Shown: positions 1 to 12,256, counted from the first letter of the stretch. The stretch: DNA of 64,000 nt from Macrostomum hystrix (GCA_950097015.1 CATNEN010000030.1:3782001-3846000); one strand, 5' to 3'. A program made the numbers and translations. Notes: generated by a model from the letters alone, not told the origin.

Positions 1-189
1 AAGTCTACTAAAAGCAAATTAAAAAATAAATAATTTGTGTCCGTACAGTTAGTCTATGGCACAAACGGTTCCATATATAGAAATGATTCTCAATACCACC
101 ATACCATACACATTTTATTTTCCCTCCATCATAAGAAGGTGACCATGGGGAAAGATGCAATGAAATACACACCCCGATGGTCAACTCAC

Positions 190-3100
190 TTGGAGATGCC
201 CTGGCAGCAGTCAAGCTGCAGAGTCTGCAGTCTCTTGCAGGCCTTCTTCAAATACTTCAGCGACTTGTCAGTGATCATGACACACTCGGACAGGTCCAGC
301 TGTGTCAGGTAGTGGCAGACGCCGCTAACGTACTGCATGCTGAGATCTGTCAGCTGGCGACAGCCCCGGAGGCTTAGCCGGGTGAGCAGGCGGCAGCTGA
401 AGGACAGGCTGCGAACACCGCCGTCAGTTAGCTGGATACAATGCGACAGGTCCAGGTGCTCCAGGCTGCGCAGCTGCTGCACCAGCTTCTGCACGCCCAG
501 ATCCGTGACCAGAGGACAATTGGCCAGGTACAGGTAGCGCATTCTGGACAGATTGCCAAGCGTGGTCATGGCCGAGTCATTCAGGCCGGTGCCGGACATG
601 TCCAGACAGACCAGACCCGGACAGTAATTAGCCAGCGAATCGGCTGACAGGTAAGATAGATTCTCGCAGAAGCTCAGGCGCAGGTGGGTCAGGCCGCCGG
701 CCTTCTTGCAGATCGCCGACACGCCGTGGTCGGTGAGTCGAACAGCGTTGGTCAGGTTCAGCTCGCGTAGGGTCTGCGCGAAGGACGCCTCGGCGATGCT
801 CTTGGCGCCGGCGTCGGACAGGCGGACGCAGTCGGCCAGGTTCAGCACTCGAAGGTGGCGCAGCTGGCCGATGGCCTTCACGGCCTGATCGGTGATCTTC
901 ACACAGTCGGCCACGCACAGCAGCTGCAGCTCGGGGCACCGGCGGCCCAGATGCCCGAAGGCGGCGTCCGTGATGATGTCATTCTTATCCAGCTTCAGCA
1001 CCCGGAGGCTGCGGTTGCTGATGGCTTTGAAGCTGTCATCTGTGAGGCTCGAACAGCCGAACAGTTCGTAGTGCTCAACTGACGGGCAGTGAGTCGCCAA
1101 TTGCTGTTGGGTAAAAAATATTTCACTGAGCTGATGTTAAGTCGATTGTTGAACAATCCGAGACAACAGATTTCTAAGAAATTATTGATCCCCTGAGACA
1201 CCACGCTTTGTAGAGTCTCACCTCTAGACAAGCGCTCTGCAAATTGTAGACGTCGTTAAACATCAGCTGCTTCACTTTGCGGCACTTGGAGGCCAGCTGG
1301 ACTATGGCTTCGGAGGTGAACTGCGGATGGCGGATGAGCAGGTGTTTGGAACAGAATTTGGCAGCCCCACATTGACACGAACAGGATGAGCTCTCTACGA
1401 GCTATAATCTATTCCAGATGGTTTTTTCATCTCATCCATTTATCTTGTGTGAACGGGCCCAAATAGGGTAATATTGAAGGTTAGATGCAACAAAAACTAA
1501 TAATTTCGGATTCCACAAAGAATCTCAGCCCAGACTGTCTTTTCTGTCCTTCTTTTAATTGTTTTGAAGACACAAGTGAACGAACACCTGAACTCGAGGG
1601 TGAGTGGCAGAGTGGTCTAACGCGTTTGCCTCGCGCAGCAAGGTCCTAAGCTCGAGTCCGCGGCGAGGCCACATTCATTTGGCGCGCAGCCGTGGAGAGA
1701 AGGCTTGGCAGCTTTTCCTGCAATGTACGCCTCTAAGGGCCAACCTCCAAGCCACAGTGAGAGTGTACACTGCTGTACACTGCCTGACGATGAGAAAGTC
1801 AGGGCAGATGTACACACCTGTGTGAGTGTGTGCCTGCGTGCTGTAACTGAGTGCGCGTGTGCTCAGGAGTCAGCGAAATAGGCAGAATTGCCTACTCGCT
1901 AGCTACGGGTCTAGTGTCACCAAATGATGTGCCATTGCCCGCAGCCCTCCTGAAATCATTATTATCATTATTATTAAAACCTGAACTCCGTCGCTCAGGT
2001 CGAGAAGCTCCAGCTTGTGAACGCCCTGGCCCTGGGCCAGGAGCTGCAGGCCGCGATCGCTGAGTTGCTTACAGCCGGCCAGGCTCAGAAACTGGACATT
2101 CTCAGCGTGCTTGGCCAAGAGGCGAAGGCTGTTGTCCGAGATGGCAGTGAAGGACAGGTTGACGTAGATCAGCAGAGGACAGCCTTGAACAATCTGGCCA
2201 ACTGCGTCGTCTGTGAGTCCTGCGCACTCGGACAGGTTGACGTCTTGGAGGTTGCGGCAGGCGGCGACGCACTGGAAGACATCGAGTGGCAGGTTCTTGC
2301 AGCCGGCCAGGCTCAGGTGGGCCAGCATCGGGCCAGACTGGGCAAGAAACTTTTTAGCCACGGAGGGCGTCAGTCGCTGTCGCACCTGCCCGAAGTCGAG
2401 CTTGTGAAGCAGCTCGGAGCTCTGGGTGTGTACCTGGACGGCAGTGAGTTCAGTTGATCAGCTGCAGCTTTTGAGTTTCAACTTTAATCACAGTTAGCTT
2501 CTAGCCCAGTAGTTAGAGGATTGGACTTCTGACTGAGAGGTCGCGAGTTCGAATCTCAGTCCAAGGCAACCCATTTTAACCACTAGCAGGGGTTGTAGCC
2601 TAGTGGTTGGGTCGCCGGACTCACGACGGTCGGTGGAGGTTCGATTCCCGACTCCACTTCACACAAACTAGGAGTAGGCTTTTTTGCCCCTACTTCAACA
2701 AGTTACGAGCTAGTTACGTGATGTTCAAAGACAAGCTAGTAACGAACCTTCCAGGCGCGGCACACGCAGGCTGCCCGTGACAGATCGGCCAGGCTCAGAT
2801 GGCGCAGGATCTGTTGCCGCAGTGGCTCAGATACCATCGATAGATCGTCGCGCGCCTCTCCAGTAGCTTTGCTTAGAACGGCGTCCTCGGTCACGTTGTC
2901 GCCCCTTTCTAAGCGCTGCGGAATTGTCGCCAATGGGAACACATGAGACTCGAACAGACACCAGAGTTTTTGTGTGCTATTACTCGACAATTATAAAAAT
3001 AGGTTATCATATCAAATGGGTTAGTGCTTATAGGTAATATGATTAATAAAAAAATACTACTAGATAAAAAGTCGAATACTAGCTTAGTAAAGTTTGCCAT

Positions 3101-6100
3101 TAAATTTTATTGGCTGAGGAGAGCCACATGCTTTACGTCTAGGAAGAGGGGTTTCTAGCAAACAGTTCTAAAAATAGCAACAAGTCAACCCCTCCTATTG
3201 GCCAATCATATCCTAAAGGCCGATTTCTAAGAATTTAGAGTCTTGCGTTCTCAGATTTAAGCAGTCTTTGTTTTCTTTGAACATAGTAGACCTAAAAAGA
3301 GATGGCTCAAATTCATCTAACTCCTTTATTTTTAATTATTAAAACAAAGACGACGCCAAATTAAAACAGTTATTGCTTAGTTCAAATTTGTTGCAAATTG
3401 TAGCCTTAAAATTTAACAAAGGCGGTTAGTTGTAAATCAAAACATTTTGCTCGTGAGATAAAGGTATTGTGTTTGTTTTTAAGAAGTCTAAAATAAATAG
3501 TGTCAGAAAAGCCGATCGCGTTAGAAAATGGACCGTTCGATTCTTACCCGTAGCTCTCTCTGAAAAAAGAGGAAATAATCGACTGACGTTTTAAAATTGC
3601 GGATTGTTTTTTCAATGAAAAAAATATAACAAATGACAAGTGAAAAGCGTGGTTGGCCCACTGATTATCTGGCGCAAATAAATTTAGTCGGACGGATTCC
3701 GAATCTGAGTAAATTATTTAAAGCCAGCAATTACGCACCTCAAAATACTCGCGAGTCTTTCTGGCCTCCAGTGAGACGCCGTGCCAGGCTTTAAACATGA
3801 CTCGCACGACGGACACGTGCAACACTCGCTGCAAGATCTGATAGGCCACTGGATGTGCGCGATTAGGGCAATTATTTAAGAAGATGAAATCGTTATTAAT
3901 TTACTGTACATCAAAACCCTTATTATGTAAGTCCTCCGTGATGTTAAAAATCATATATACGAGCGTAAAAGCTCCTTCAATGAAGCTACCCGGCCCTCAA
4001 CTTCTCTGCCCCAACTGTACATTGAAGCTTCTCTGTCCCAACTGTACATTGAAGCTTTCTCTGCCCCAACTGTAAATTGAAGCTTTCTCTGCCCAACTGT
4101 ACATTGAAGCTTCACTGCCCCAACTGTACATTGAAGCTTCTCTGCCCCAACTGTACATTGAAGCTTCTCTGCCCCAACTGTACATTGAAGCTTCTCTGCC
4201 CCAACTGTACATTGAAGCTTCTCTGCCCAACTGTACATTGAAGCTTCTCTGCCCCAACTGTACATTGAAGCTTCTCTGCCCAACTGTACATTGAAGCTTC
4301 TCTGCCCCAACTGTACATTGAAGCTTCACTGCCCCAACTGTACATTGAAGCTTCTCTGCCCCAACTGTACATTGAAGCTTCTCTGCCCCAACTGTACATT
4401 GAAGCTTCTCTGCCCAACTGTACATTGAAGCTTCTCTGCCCCAACTGTACATTGAAGCTTCTCTGCCCAACTGTACATTGAAGCTTCTCTGCCCAACTGT
4501 ACATTGAAGCTTCTCTGCCCCAACTGTACATTGAAGCTTCTCTGCCCAACTGTACATTGAAGCTTCTCTGCCCCAACTGTACATTGAAGCTTCACTGCCC
4601 CAACTGTACATTGAAGCTTCTCTGCCCCAACTGTACATTGAAGCTTCTCTGCCCCAACTGTACATTGAAGCTTCTCTGCCCAACTGTACATTGAAGCTTC
4701 TCTGCCCCAACTGTACATTGAAGCTTCTCTGCCCCAACTGTACATTGAAGCTTCTCTGCCCAACTGTACATTGAAGCTTCTCTGCCCCAACTGTACATTG
4801 AAGCTTCACTGCCCCAACTGTACATTGAAGCTTCTCTGCCCCAACTGTACATTGAAGCTTCTCTGCCCAACTGTACATTGAAGCTTCTCTGCCCCAACTG
4901 TACATTGAAGCTTCACTGCCCCAACTGTACATTGAAGCTTCTCTGCCCCAACTGTACATTGAAGCTTCTCTGCCCAACTGTACATTGAAGCTTCTCTGCC
5001 CCAACTGTACATTGAAGCTTCACTGCCCCAACTGTACATTGAAGCTTCTCTGCCCCAACTGTACATTGAAGCTTCTCTGCCCCAACTGTACATTGAAGCT
5101 TCTCTGCCCAACTGTACATTGAAGCTTCTCTGCCCAACTGTACATTGAAGCTTCTCTGCCCCAACTGTACATTGAAGCTTCTCTGCCCAACTGTACATTG
5201 AAGCTTCTCTGCCCCAACTGTACATTGAAGCTTCACTGCCCCAACTGTACATTGAAGCTTCTCTGCCCCAACTGTACATTGAAGCTTCTCTGCCCAACTG
5301 TACATTGAAGCTTCTCTGCCCCAACTGTACATTGAAGCTTCACTGCCCCAACTGTACATTGAAGCTTCTCTGCCCCAACTGTAAATTGAAGCTTTCTCTG
5401 CCCAACTGTACATTGAAGCTTTCTCTGCCCCAACTGTACATTGAAGCTTCACTGCCCCAACTGTACATTGAAGCTTCACTGCCCCAGCTGCACATATCAA
5501 AGCCAGCACAAAAGTAGGCATGTACTTACTGGCCTGACGGCCCTTCCGGAACCGCGTCCACTCCAGCCAGACTGAGAAGGTGCGACCAACTTTTGTTTGA
5601 AAGAAGTGACCCTCAGCTTTGGCAACGATTCGCTTTTTCTCGGCTAGTCTTTCTCGCCTGTACAGGTGAAACTGAAGCCAGCTATCAAAATGGCGTCTGA
5701 ACGACTTGCGATTGTAGTGCTGGTAGGCCTTGGCTATCATCTCAGGCGAGGGCTGGCGAAAAAATCGTTTAGTAACGGATTCATTTTTCTACATGAGAAC
5801 GGAAATTTAACGGAAATTAAACCCCATCAGAAGATGGTTCGCCATTTAAAAGGATATTTGAAATGTACAGTACATTTATAGTACGATTGTACACTTTCAG
5901 TACGCATAATACTCGTAGTTAAGTATGACAGAGATAAGCTTGGCTCTGAGCCAATTAAGAACGAAAAATTTAACAGATAATTACTAGAACTCAAATCTGT
6001 TTATTAAAAAGTGTTTACGCCGTTTAAAAGAGTAGTTGTTTAACTTGAAGAAGTTAACATAAGAAGGTAGACATAAATTTCAAAATTCCATTTAAATATT

Positions 6101-9100
6101 TCAATTTGAAAATCAATAACGAACTTACTACTTGGCGTCAGCAGCATAGTGTGCGCGCAGATCTAATAGTGAAATTTCGATTAAATATAACTTAGAAGTC
6201 AGTATAATCCGTGCTGGAAAAAGGATTTGGTGAGTGCATGCAGCACTAACTAATGGACTCGTGCTTTTGTTTTGAGTACAGACTCAAGGAATCTTTGATA
6301 GGCAGTTGATTATATAATCATAAACTTGTTTCGCATATTTAAATTAATTTATACAATAAATTTGAATTCGAAAGAACAATAGAGGCTAAATTAATTGATC
6401 TCTGTACAGTAGTAAAATGATGAAATCGTACGAGTCAGTGCGAGCCAAAATCAGGTGAGGAGTTTGAGTAGACTTTGAGTAGGGACTTTGAGTAGACTCT
6501 GAGTAGGGACTTTGAGTAGACTCTGTAAAACTCAGGGTCTACTCTGAATGAAAAAAAGATAAAAAATCAGTTGATTTCACATGCTAGTATTATTGTGTAC
6601 CTCTAATTCCACCTGTGCCACCCTCGCCAATCAGTCACTGGGTGGTATAACTTTACCTCCTCGAAATCTGACGAATTGCTATCTTCGGATTCCTTAAAAA
6701 AATAGGCACAGTGATGATAAACTTGTTGGTTTGCTGAAAAGAATCTCAGCTTTGTATAACAAAATATGTTGCATAGTGAATGTAGCAGTGGTTAAGCAAT
6801 TAAACTAACAATACGGTGAGTTGGTTAGCCGAACATAATACGTATTAGAGCCTAGGCAAGGTAATTTATTAGGCAGAAAACTGTTTTCAAAATATGATAG
6901 GCCTTTAACTAATGGTGAGGATTAAAAGCAAATTCAAAGTCACATGCTGATATCAACAGAGGAATAACTTATTTAAGCCGATTAAAATAATAAGGAACAA
7001 TAATGTAACCAGCAAAAACCTATCATACGGTACACAATGTTAGATAATTAAATATAGGTGTCAGCTCTTGTGTATAGCTCTTGTCAATCTAAATGATAAT
7101 TTAGACATTCAAAACGATAATGGAACTTTACCGGTTGGGTGCCGAGCAAGTTAATGGCGGTCGATCGAGGCGCGTAGCGCCGAGATCGTAATCGCCATTA
7201 ACTGCGAGGCACCCAACCGGTAAAAGCATTATAAGGCTTCAGGCCATACACAAATCAACTCCCCCTATAACGCTATCTGGCGGCTGTCGGTCGACAAGCA
7301 ACGGCGTTATAGGGGGAGTTGATTTGTCTATGGCCTGAAGCCTTATAATGCTTTTACCGGTTGGTAAAATACTTTAATTGATAATTAAAGAAACAAATAT
7401 AAGCGTCCAAATTTTGTCAGCTTCTGGCTCATGGCGGATTGGCGCAGTTTGTGCCATAGACATGCCATTATCGCTGAGTGATCGTTTATACCATAATACG
7501 TTGCTGAAGCCTTATAATGGCTATGGATCCTTTAAGTAAACCTCGCCGGTAGAGAACATAGACGTTTGGACAACCAATACGAGAAAGGGACATTCAAAAC
7601 GAGAATGAATTCAGGCACTCAGAAGAAAATTCACCCTCTAGACCATAGACTAGAGACAATCAAAATGATTAAGCTCGGAAGGGAAAGCTGAAAAAACTCC
7701 CTTGCCCTGCTCTCCGCCTGTTTGGTTTTCTCTCGCTTCTTTCTTTGCTATTTCTTGTTGCTGTTTTTCAAATGCCCCCACCAATATCCTCAGTCGACAA
7801 GCAACGCTTGGATGTCTGCTATTATAGACCAAGGGGCAACACTAAAAGCCACAGCAGCCATCCTGCAAGTGCCGATTGCAACTGCGTATAGAATTATGCG
7901 AGCATATACGCAGGTAGGAAGGTTTCAGGCGTTAACAAGAGGTGGTAAAAAGGAGTCGTGCAAAAATGATTACATATGCTGGAAATAGAAAATGTTTGAC
8001 TGTTTGATCGTTAGATTGTTTCGTTTTGATTTCCGCTTTCTCATTTTGAATGTCATTAACCCTATGGCCGAATAGCTGAGCTGCGCGCGGGAGACCCATC
8101 CGATAGCATGAGACCACAGACATTATCGTTTGAACGTCCAAATTATCATTTAGATTGACAATAGCGATACTAGTTCACTAGTTGGGCTCAGTTTGACAAG
8201 GCATGGATAATGAGACACCTTACACGTAAATGATTGATAGCTCTCGTAATTAGGAATGTAAATTAGACTTACTGCGTCCATGTCTTTGCCAAACTGCAAT
8301 GGAGACCGAGGGGCAAAGCATGCAAATTATCAGGCTGGGCAGGTGACACAGACGCAGAATTAGTCGGCATCGGCAAAGCCCTACTCACCTGGCCCATATC
8401 GCTCGTGAATAGGCCGGCCACTCCTTTGATGGCAAACGGCGACTCCTTTGGCTTCATTTCCTCGTCAATGAAGGAGTCCCTGAAAGGGAAAAGAGAGGAT
8501 AGATAGACGCTTGTTAAGCGGAGTCGCATGTTGAAAGCAGTTGCTAACCAACTTCGTGACACTCTTTATCTAATCGCAAAACGAGCTCAACTATATAGCT
8601 CGAGTGCTCCATGAGATGTTTCGGATCCTGTTATTTTCTGTGACAGCCCAGCAATGATTCGCGACGACTCCTCGATCATCGACGTCAGCAATCGGCTAAT
8701 GCGGCAGGACTCCAGGCGCGCCGCCTCGATGCCTTGGCTAGTTAAACGCGAAGCCGCCGCGGCCAGCCAAGAACTTCTGAAGGGCGACAATGCTGAGTGG
8801 CGCATGCACGAACACCCGCTGTCTGTTCAGAACATAGCCATTCACAGCGCGATAACGCCTGCTGAGACTTCAGCAATTGCGAATGGGCGCGGAAATGTCA
8901 ACGACATGGGCTTGTCCGTGCGAAGCCTCCTGCACACTCGCTCCAGTGTTGCTCTTGACAGGCAAGCTCAAGCTGCTACTACATGATCATCAAGTAGACT
9001 CTTCCTGTACATTTTTCTCTGTTTCAGCTGTGTGACGCCTGCGGAAGGTCGCTGTCGAGAGGCTCTAAAAACTTGGGCCGCTAACAAGTTCGGCTGCAGG

Positions 9101-12028
9101 ACTGGATGCGCCAAACAGATGGAGATTCGCAGCATGCGCGTGAAGAGGGCCTACCAGGTTTGTGGCTGCAAGCCTCATCTAATACTTATATTATACGATT
9201 CAGAGCAAATCGCCATTGTATCTAGCATGGTTATGAGTAGGACGACCGTCGAAAGACGACCGTCGAAAGACGACCGTCGAAAGACGACCGTCGAAAGACG
9301 ACCGTCGAAAGACGACCGTCGAAAGACGACCGTCGAAAGACGACCGTCGAAAGACGACCGTCGAAAGACGACCGTCGAAAGACGACCGTCGAAAGACGAC
9401 CGTCGAAAGACGACCGTCGAAAGACGACCGTCGAAAGACGACCGTCGAAAGACGACCGTCGAAAGACGACCGTCGAAAGACGACCGTCGAAAGACGACCG
9501 TCGAAAGACGACCGTCGAAAGCAGAATTTATTTAACTTGAATTTTAGTACTCGCTGGAAACATTTTTGGAAACTCGCGACATAAACGAAGCCCAGGAACC
9601 CTCTTGGGGCTTTAATGCTTCGCGGAAATACTCTCGCCGCCGTCGACCACGGTTTGGCGGAGGTGGCGGTGGCGACATCGACATGGCCTCCAAGTGGGAT
9701 GTCGAGTGCCCCAGGCCGGGACGCATGTTTGAGGAAGGGCGCGGTCGGGTTGAAGTGCCCGGCACCGCCAAGCTAGTTCCCTGTCCCGGCTGCGAGGGAG
9801 TCGGCTTCGCTGCCTGCCCGGACTGCCGCGGCGCTGGGCTGCTGGACTGCGTCCGCTGTGAAGGCACCGGCTACAAACTGTCGCGGGAGCCGCTAGCCGA
9901 GCGAATAAAGCACAGCCCGTGCTACTATTGCGCCGCGGATGGGACAACGCGGTGCCCGTTCTGCGACGGCTCCGGGAGGCGACGCTGTCGCGACTGCAAG
10001 GGACAGAGAACTCTGCGTCGCTACCTGCAGATCAACGTGCGATTGTAAGAGCTTCGCTCCTTAACTGCTTAGATTGATGATTGGTCTCATGGCGGAATGA
10101 GTGGTTGATTGAGTCCCTGAGTTCGATTCCGAGACAAGGTTGTATTCACTTGGGGCGCTACCGCGGAGAGAAAGCATGAGAGCTTATCATGCAACATGCA
10201 CTCTTGAGGGCAACCTTCAATGCACAGTGAGAGCGGGAACTGCTTGACAATGAAAACGTCTGGACAGATGCGTGTGTGCGTGTGTGCTCAGAAGTCAGCG
10301 AAATGGGCAGAATTGCGTACCGCTGGCTATGGGTCTACTGTCACCAAAAATGTGCCAGTGCCTACAGCTCTCTAGTAAATATTTTTTATTCTCATAGTAT
10401 TTTTCAACATTCCAAGCCTGTTCGTAGTCACGGTCGAGATAGCAGTTAAAAAGGCCTTCCATTCATCACTGATGTAATTTTGTTCGCAACCGGACCACAA
10501 ATCTCGACAGCAACAATGTCAGCTCCAGTCAGATTGTGTGCGACCGCAGCGACCTTCTGGAGGAGCGCCTGAGCCGCGTCACTGGCCACCTCATCCTGGA
10601 GACCGAGGAGCCGCAGGGTCGTCCGCTTAGCAGCTTCCCCCAGCTGTCAGTGCAGCAGATGTCTGAGCGGATGCTAGAGGAGCATCGTCGCCAGGTCGAG
10701 ACGGCCGGCGCTAGGGTCCTTCGGCAGCGTCAGCGAGTCTACCTGGTACCTGTGACTGAGGTCACCTTCGCCTGGCGCGGCCGGGTCGGTCAGTTCTGGC
10801 TCTACGGAGCCGAGCAGCGCTGCTTCTGTCCGAACTATCCGCACAGGTGGTGCCCACCGTGCTGCGTGGCGCCTTGATTGGCACTGTCTGATGAGCAGTT
10901 TACTCTTAGCGATTTTTCAGTACCTCTGATATGCGAACTGACTCAAGGCATGCTCAATAATCTTGCTTATTGAGTGGCTGTTGTACTGCACTCTACAGTA
11001 GCTGTAGCTGTTTTTCGCCATTCATCAAAATGCATGCACCGAGTTCTAATTGAACTGCCGAACTTGGTCCAGCAAAATTCGACTACGAGCAAAAAACGCT
11101 TAAAAATGAGATTTTTCTAAAGAGTCTCTCAAATAAGACTCCAAAAAGACTGCAACTTTATGAATTTAAAAACGCTATTAGTAGAAAGACTGAGATATTT
11201 TCCCACTGCCTACTTCACGAGAGCTCCCAAAATGAATGACCGATTTTCGTTAAAGTCCACCTATGAGATCAACATTTTCCGCCCTTTACGATGAACCAAC
11301 TTTCAAGAACCATCTGACGTCAGCATCGTCGAGATATTCAACGATTCTTGTCGAGACCCTGGTAAAAAGGACAGCTAGCATTGCTCAGTATAAACGTCTA
11401 TTGCGAATCCATATTGGTTCACAATATAGCAATAAACAATTATCATCAACTATAATAGCTGGCATGGGAACATTATGAAGCGGAAAATTATTGAGCGGAA
11501 AAAGTATGCCTATACTCGTGGTTTTTCCACCAACCCCCCCCCCGACGAGAATCGGTGAATATCTCGCCGATGCCGATGTTTAGTGATTCTGGAAGTTGTT
11601 TCATCGGACAGAGCGGAAAATTTTAGTCCGTGTTCTGCATTTTTTATTGCGATTGGTTTATTATTTTGGGAGATGCACAAAAAATATACCCAAAGAAAAC
11701 TGTTGGTATATGAAATTCCCCCATGTAGTCAATCAAAAGTCTCACCAGTCAATCTGATTGATGCCAACTTCCTGCAAGTAGAATAGTTTTTCAGCGATCC
11801 ACTTGCACGGATTTATTGGCTGCATGATGGCCAAGCCGGCTAGAAGGGCCTGTTGAATTGAATGAATTTCGTGAATTACATTAAAAATCCTCTAGCCTAC
11901 TAATAGTAGTTTGGTGACTTAATTCCATTTTCAACAATGTTTACAAAGTGGCTTACCTCGTACACTTCGGGCAGCCTGGTGACCCGGAGGTACTTCCGCA
12001 GCTCCGGGTCCAGTTGTCGCAGGTCCAT
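190..12028 (-). CDS. FBXL13: F-box and leucine-rich repeat protein 13 (dynein regulatory complex subunit 6), 3' partial. Exons (-): 12028-11957, 11849-11746, 8479-8389, 5752-5530, 3848-3739, 2915-2748, 2433-1981, 1320-1222, 1103-190; continues beyond position 1
   Basis: Hand-spliced exons all have GT/AG ends and compatible phases. They give MDLRQLDPELRKYLRVTRLPEVYE-ALLAGLAIMQPINPCKWIAEKL (D/D docking-like domain), PSPEMIAKAYQHY, an F-box (LSMVSEPLRQQILRHLSLADLSRAACVCRAWK) and many cysteine-containing LRRs ending LQTLQLDCCQGISK. This follows the domain order and sequence of FBXL13 as recalled. Confidence 0.9.
1598..1977 (+). mobile_element. tRNA-derived SINE family 1, near full-length copy
   Basis: A box (TGGCAGAGTGG), B-box-like GCTCGAGTCC, shared body (GGGCCAACCTCCAAG...GTGAGAGTGTACACTGCCTGACGATGAGAAAGTC) and an (ATT)n tail. 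Six further copies occur in the window. Confidence 0.8.
2502..2656 (+). pseudogene. Two tandem degenerate tRNA-like sequences (2502-2562 and 2589-2656), probably SINE family 2 heads or tRNA pseudogenes
   Basis: Both have A box (TAGCCCAGTAG / TAGCCTAGTGG) and B box (GAGTTCGAATC / GGTTCGATTCC) motifs. The second has a pairing acceptor stem GGGGTTG/CGACTCC but defective anticodon and T stems. The first matches 19938-19992(-). Confidence 0.5.
3998..5495. repeat. 26/27-nt minisatellite (TGAAGCTTCTCTGCCC[C]AACTGTACAT)n, ~56 copies, FBXL13 intron 4
   Basis: Direct reading. Each unit carries AAGCTT and TGTACA palindromes. Confidence 0.95.
7075..8167 (+). mobile_element. Non-autonomous Tc1/mariner/IS630-like DNA transposon remnant (~1.09 kb) in FBXL13 intron 3
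   Basis: Imperfect ~48 bp TIRs (7075-7123 TAGCTCTTGTCAATCTAAATGATAATTTAGACATTCAAAACGATAATG vs reverse complement at 8121-8167), with TA on both flanks. A frameshifted HTH transposase N-terminus lies at 7772-7960 (MPPPISSVDKQR / AIIDQGATLKATAAILQVPIATAYRIMRAYTQVGRFQALTRGG). Confidence 0.7.
8654..10877 (+). CDS. SSUH2: SSUH2 (ssu-2 homolog), DnaJ-type CxxCxGxG zinc-finger repeat protein, ~433 aa. Exons 8654-8961, 9028-9157, 9548-10044, 10511-10877; nested in FBXL13 intron 2
   Basis: CREALKTWAANKFGC, YSLETFLETR, repeated CxxCxGxG motifs, RVLRQRQRVYLVPVTEV and a C-terminal YPHRWCPPCCVAP all match the SSUH2 layout. Exon phases are consistent. Exon 1 is less certain because it needs a GC donor. 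Confidence 0.85.
9241..9520. repeat. 14-nt minisatellite (GACGACCGTCGAAA)x20, SSUH2 intron 2
   Basis: Direct reading; the array appears perfectly homogeneous. Confidence 0.95.
10085..10390 (+). mobile_element. SINE family 1, diverged copy in SSUH2 intron 3
   Basis: Colinear similarity to 1598-1977 (B box GAGTTCGATTCC, GTGTGCTCAGAAGTCAGCGAAATGGGCAGAATTG, CTACTGTCACCAAA). Confidence 0.7.
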
Positions 12029-12248
12029 GTTCCAGCTGGTCAATAGATTAGCTGCAATGAAGAAAAAGACAGCACGGCTGGTCACGCAGTGAACAGAGTG
12101 CGCGTTGGGAATGGAAAATGTCAGCATTCTTTGAACGCATCGACCAAGCAAAGAACAAACAGTAAAATGTATGCCTGGATACTGCAAGGCTGTGCATGTC
12201 TACAGACTGAGTGACAGAAGCGTCAGCTGATGATACAAGCCAGAAGGA

Positions 12249-12256
12249 TATATAAG
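12249..12256 (+). promoter_or_regulatory. TATA box (TATATAAG) in the ~320 bp gap between the head-to-head FBXL13 and EF-hand gene start codons
   Basis: Canonical TATAWAAG ~97 nt upstream of the predicted ATG at 12346. Confidence 0.5.

Noticed and set aside
2502-2656. Possible functional tRNA genes
   Set aside because: Anticodon and T stems do not fold canonically, and similar heads recur as SINE-like copies.
3951-5517. Many overlapping ORFs (GREASMYSW, AEKLQCTVG, QRSFNVQLG)
   Set aside because: Translations of a 26/27-nt intronic minisatellite with constant frameshifts.
6470-6545. Short GAGTAGACT(C/T)TG tandem with a small inverted copy
   Set aside because: Too short and isolated to support a specific element.
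9544-9947. Antisense ORFs over GC-rich exons (also at 177-1082, 13033-13494, 53472-54020, 59965-60418)
   Set aside because: Shadow ORFs expected opposite GC3-rich coding sequence.
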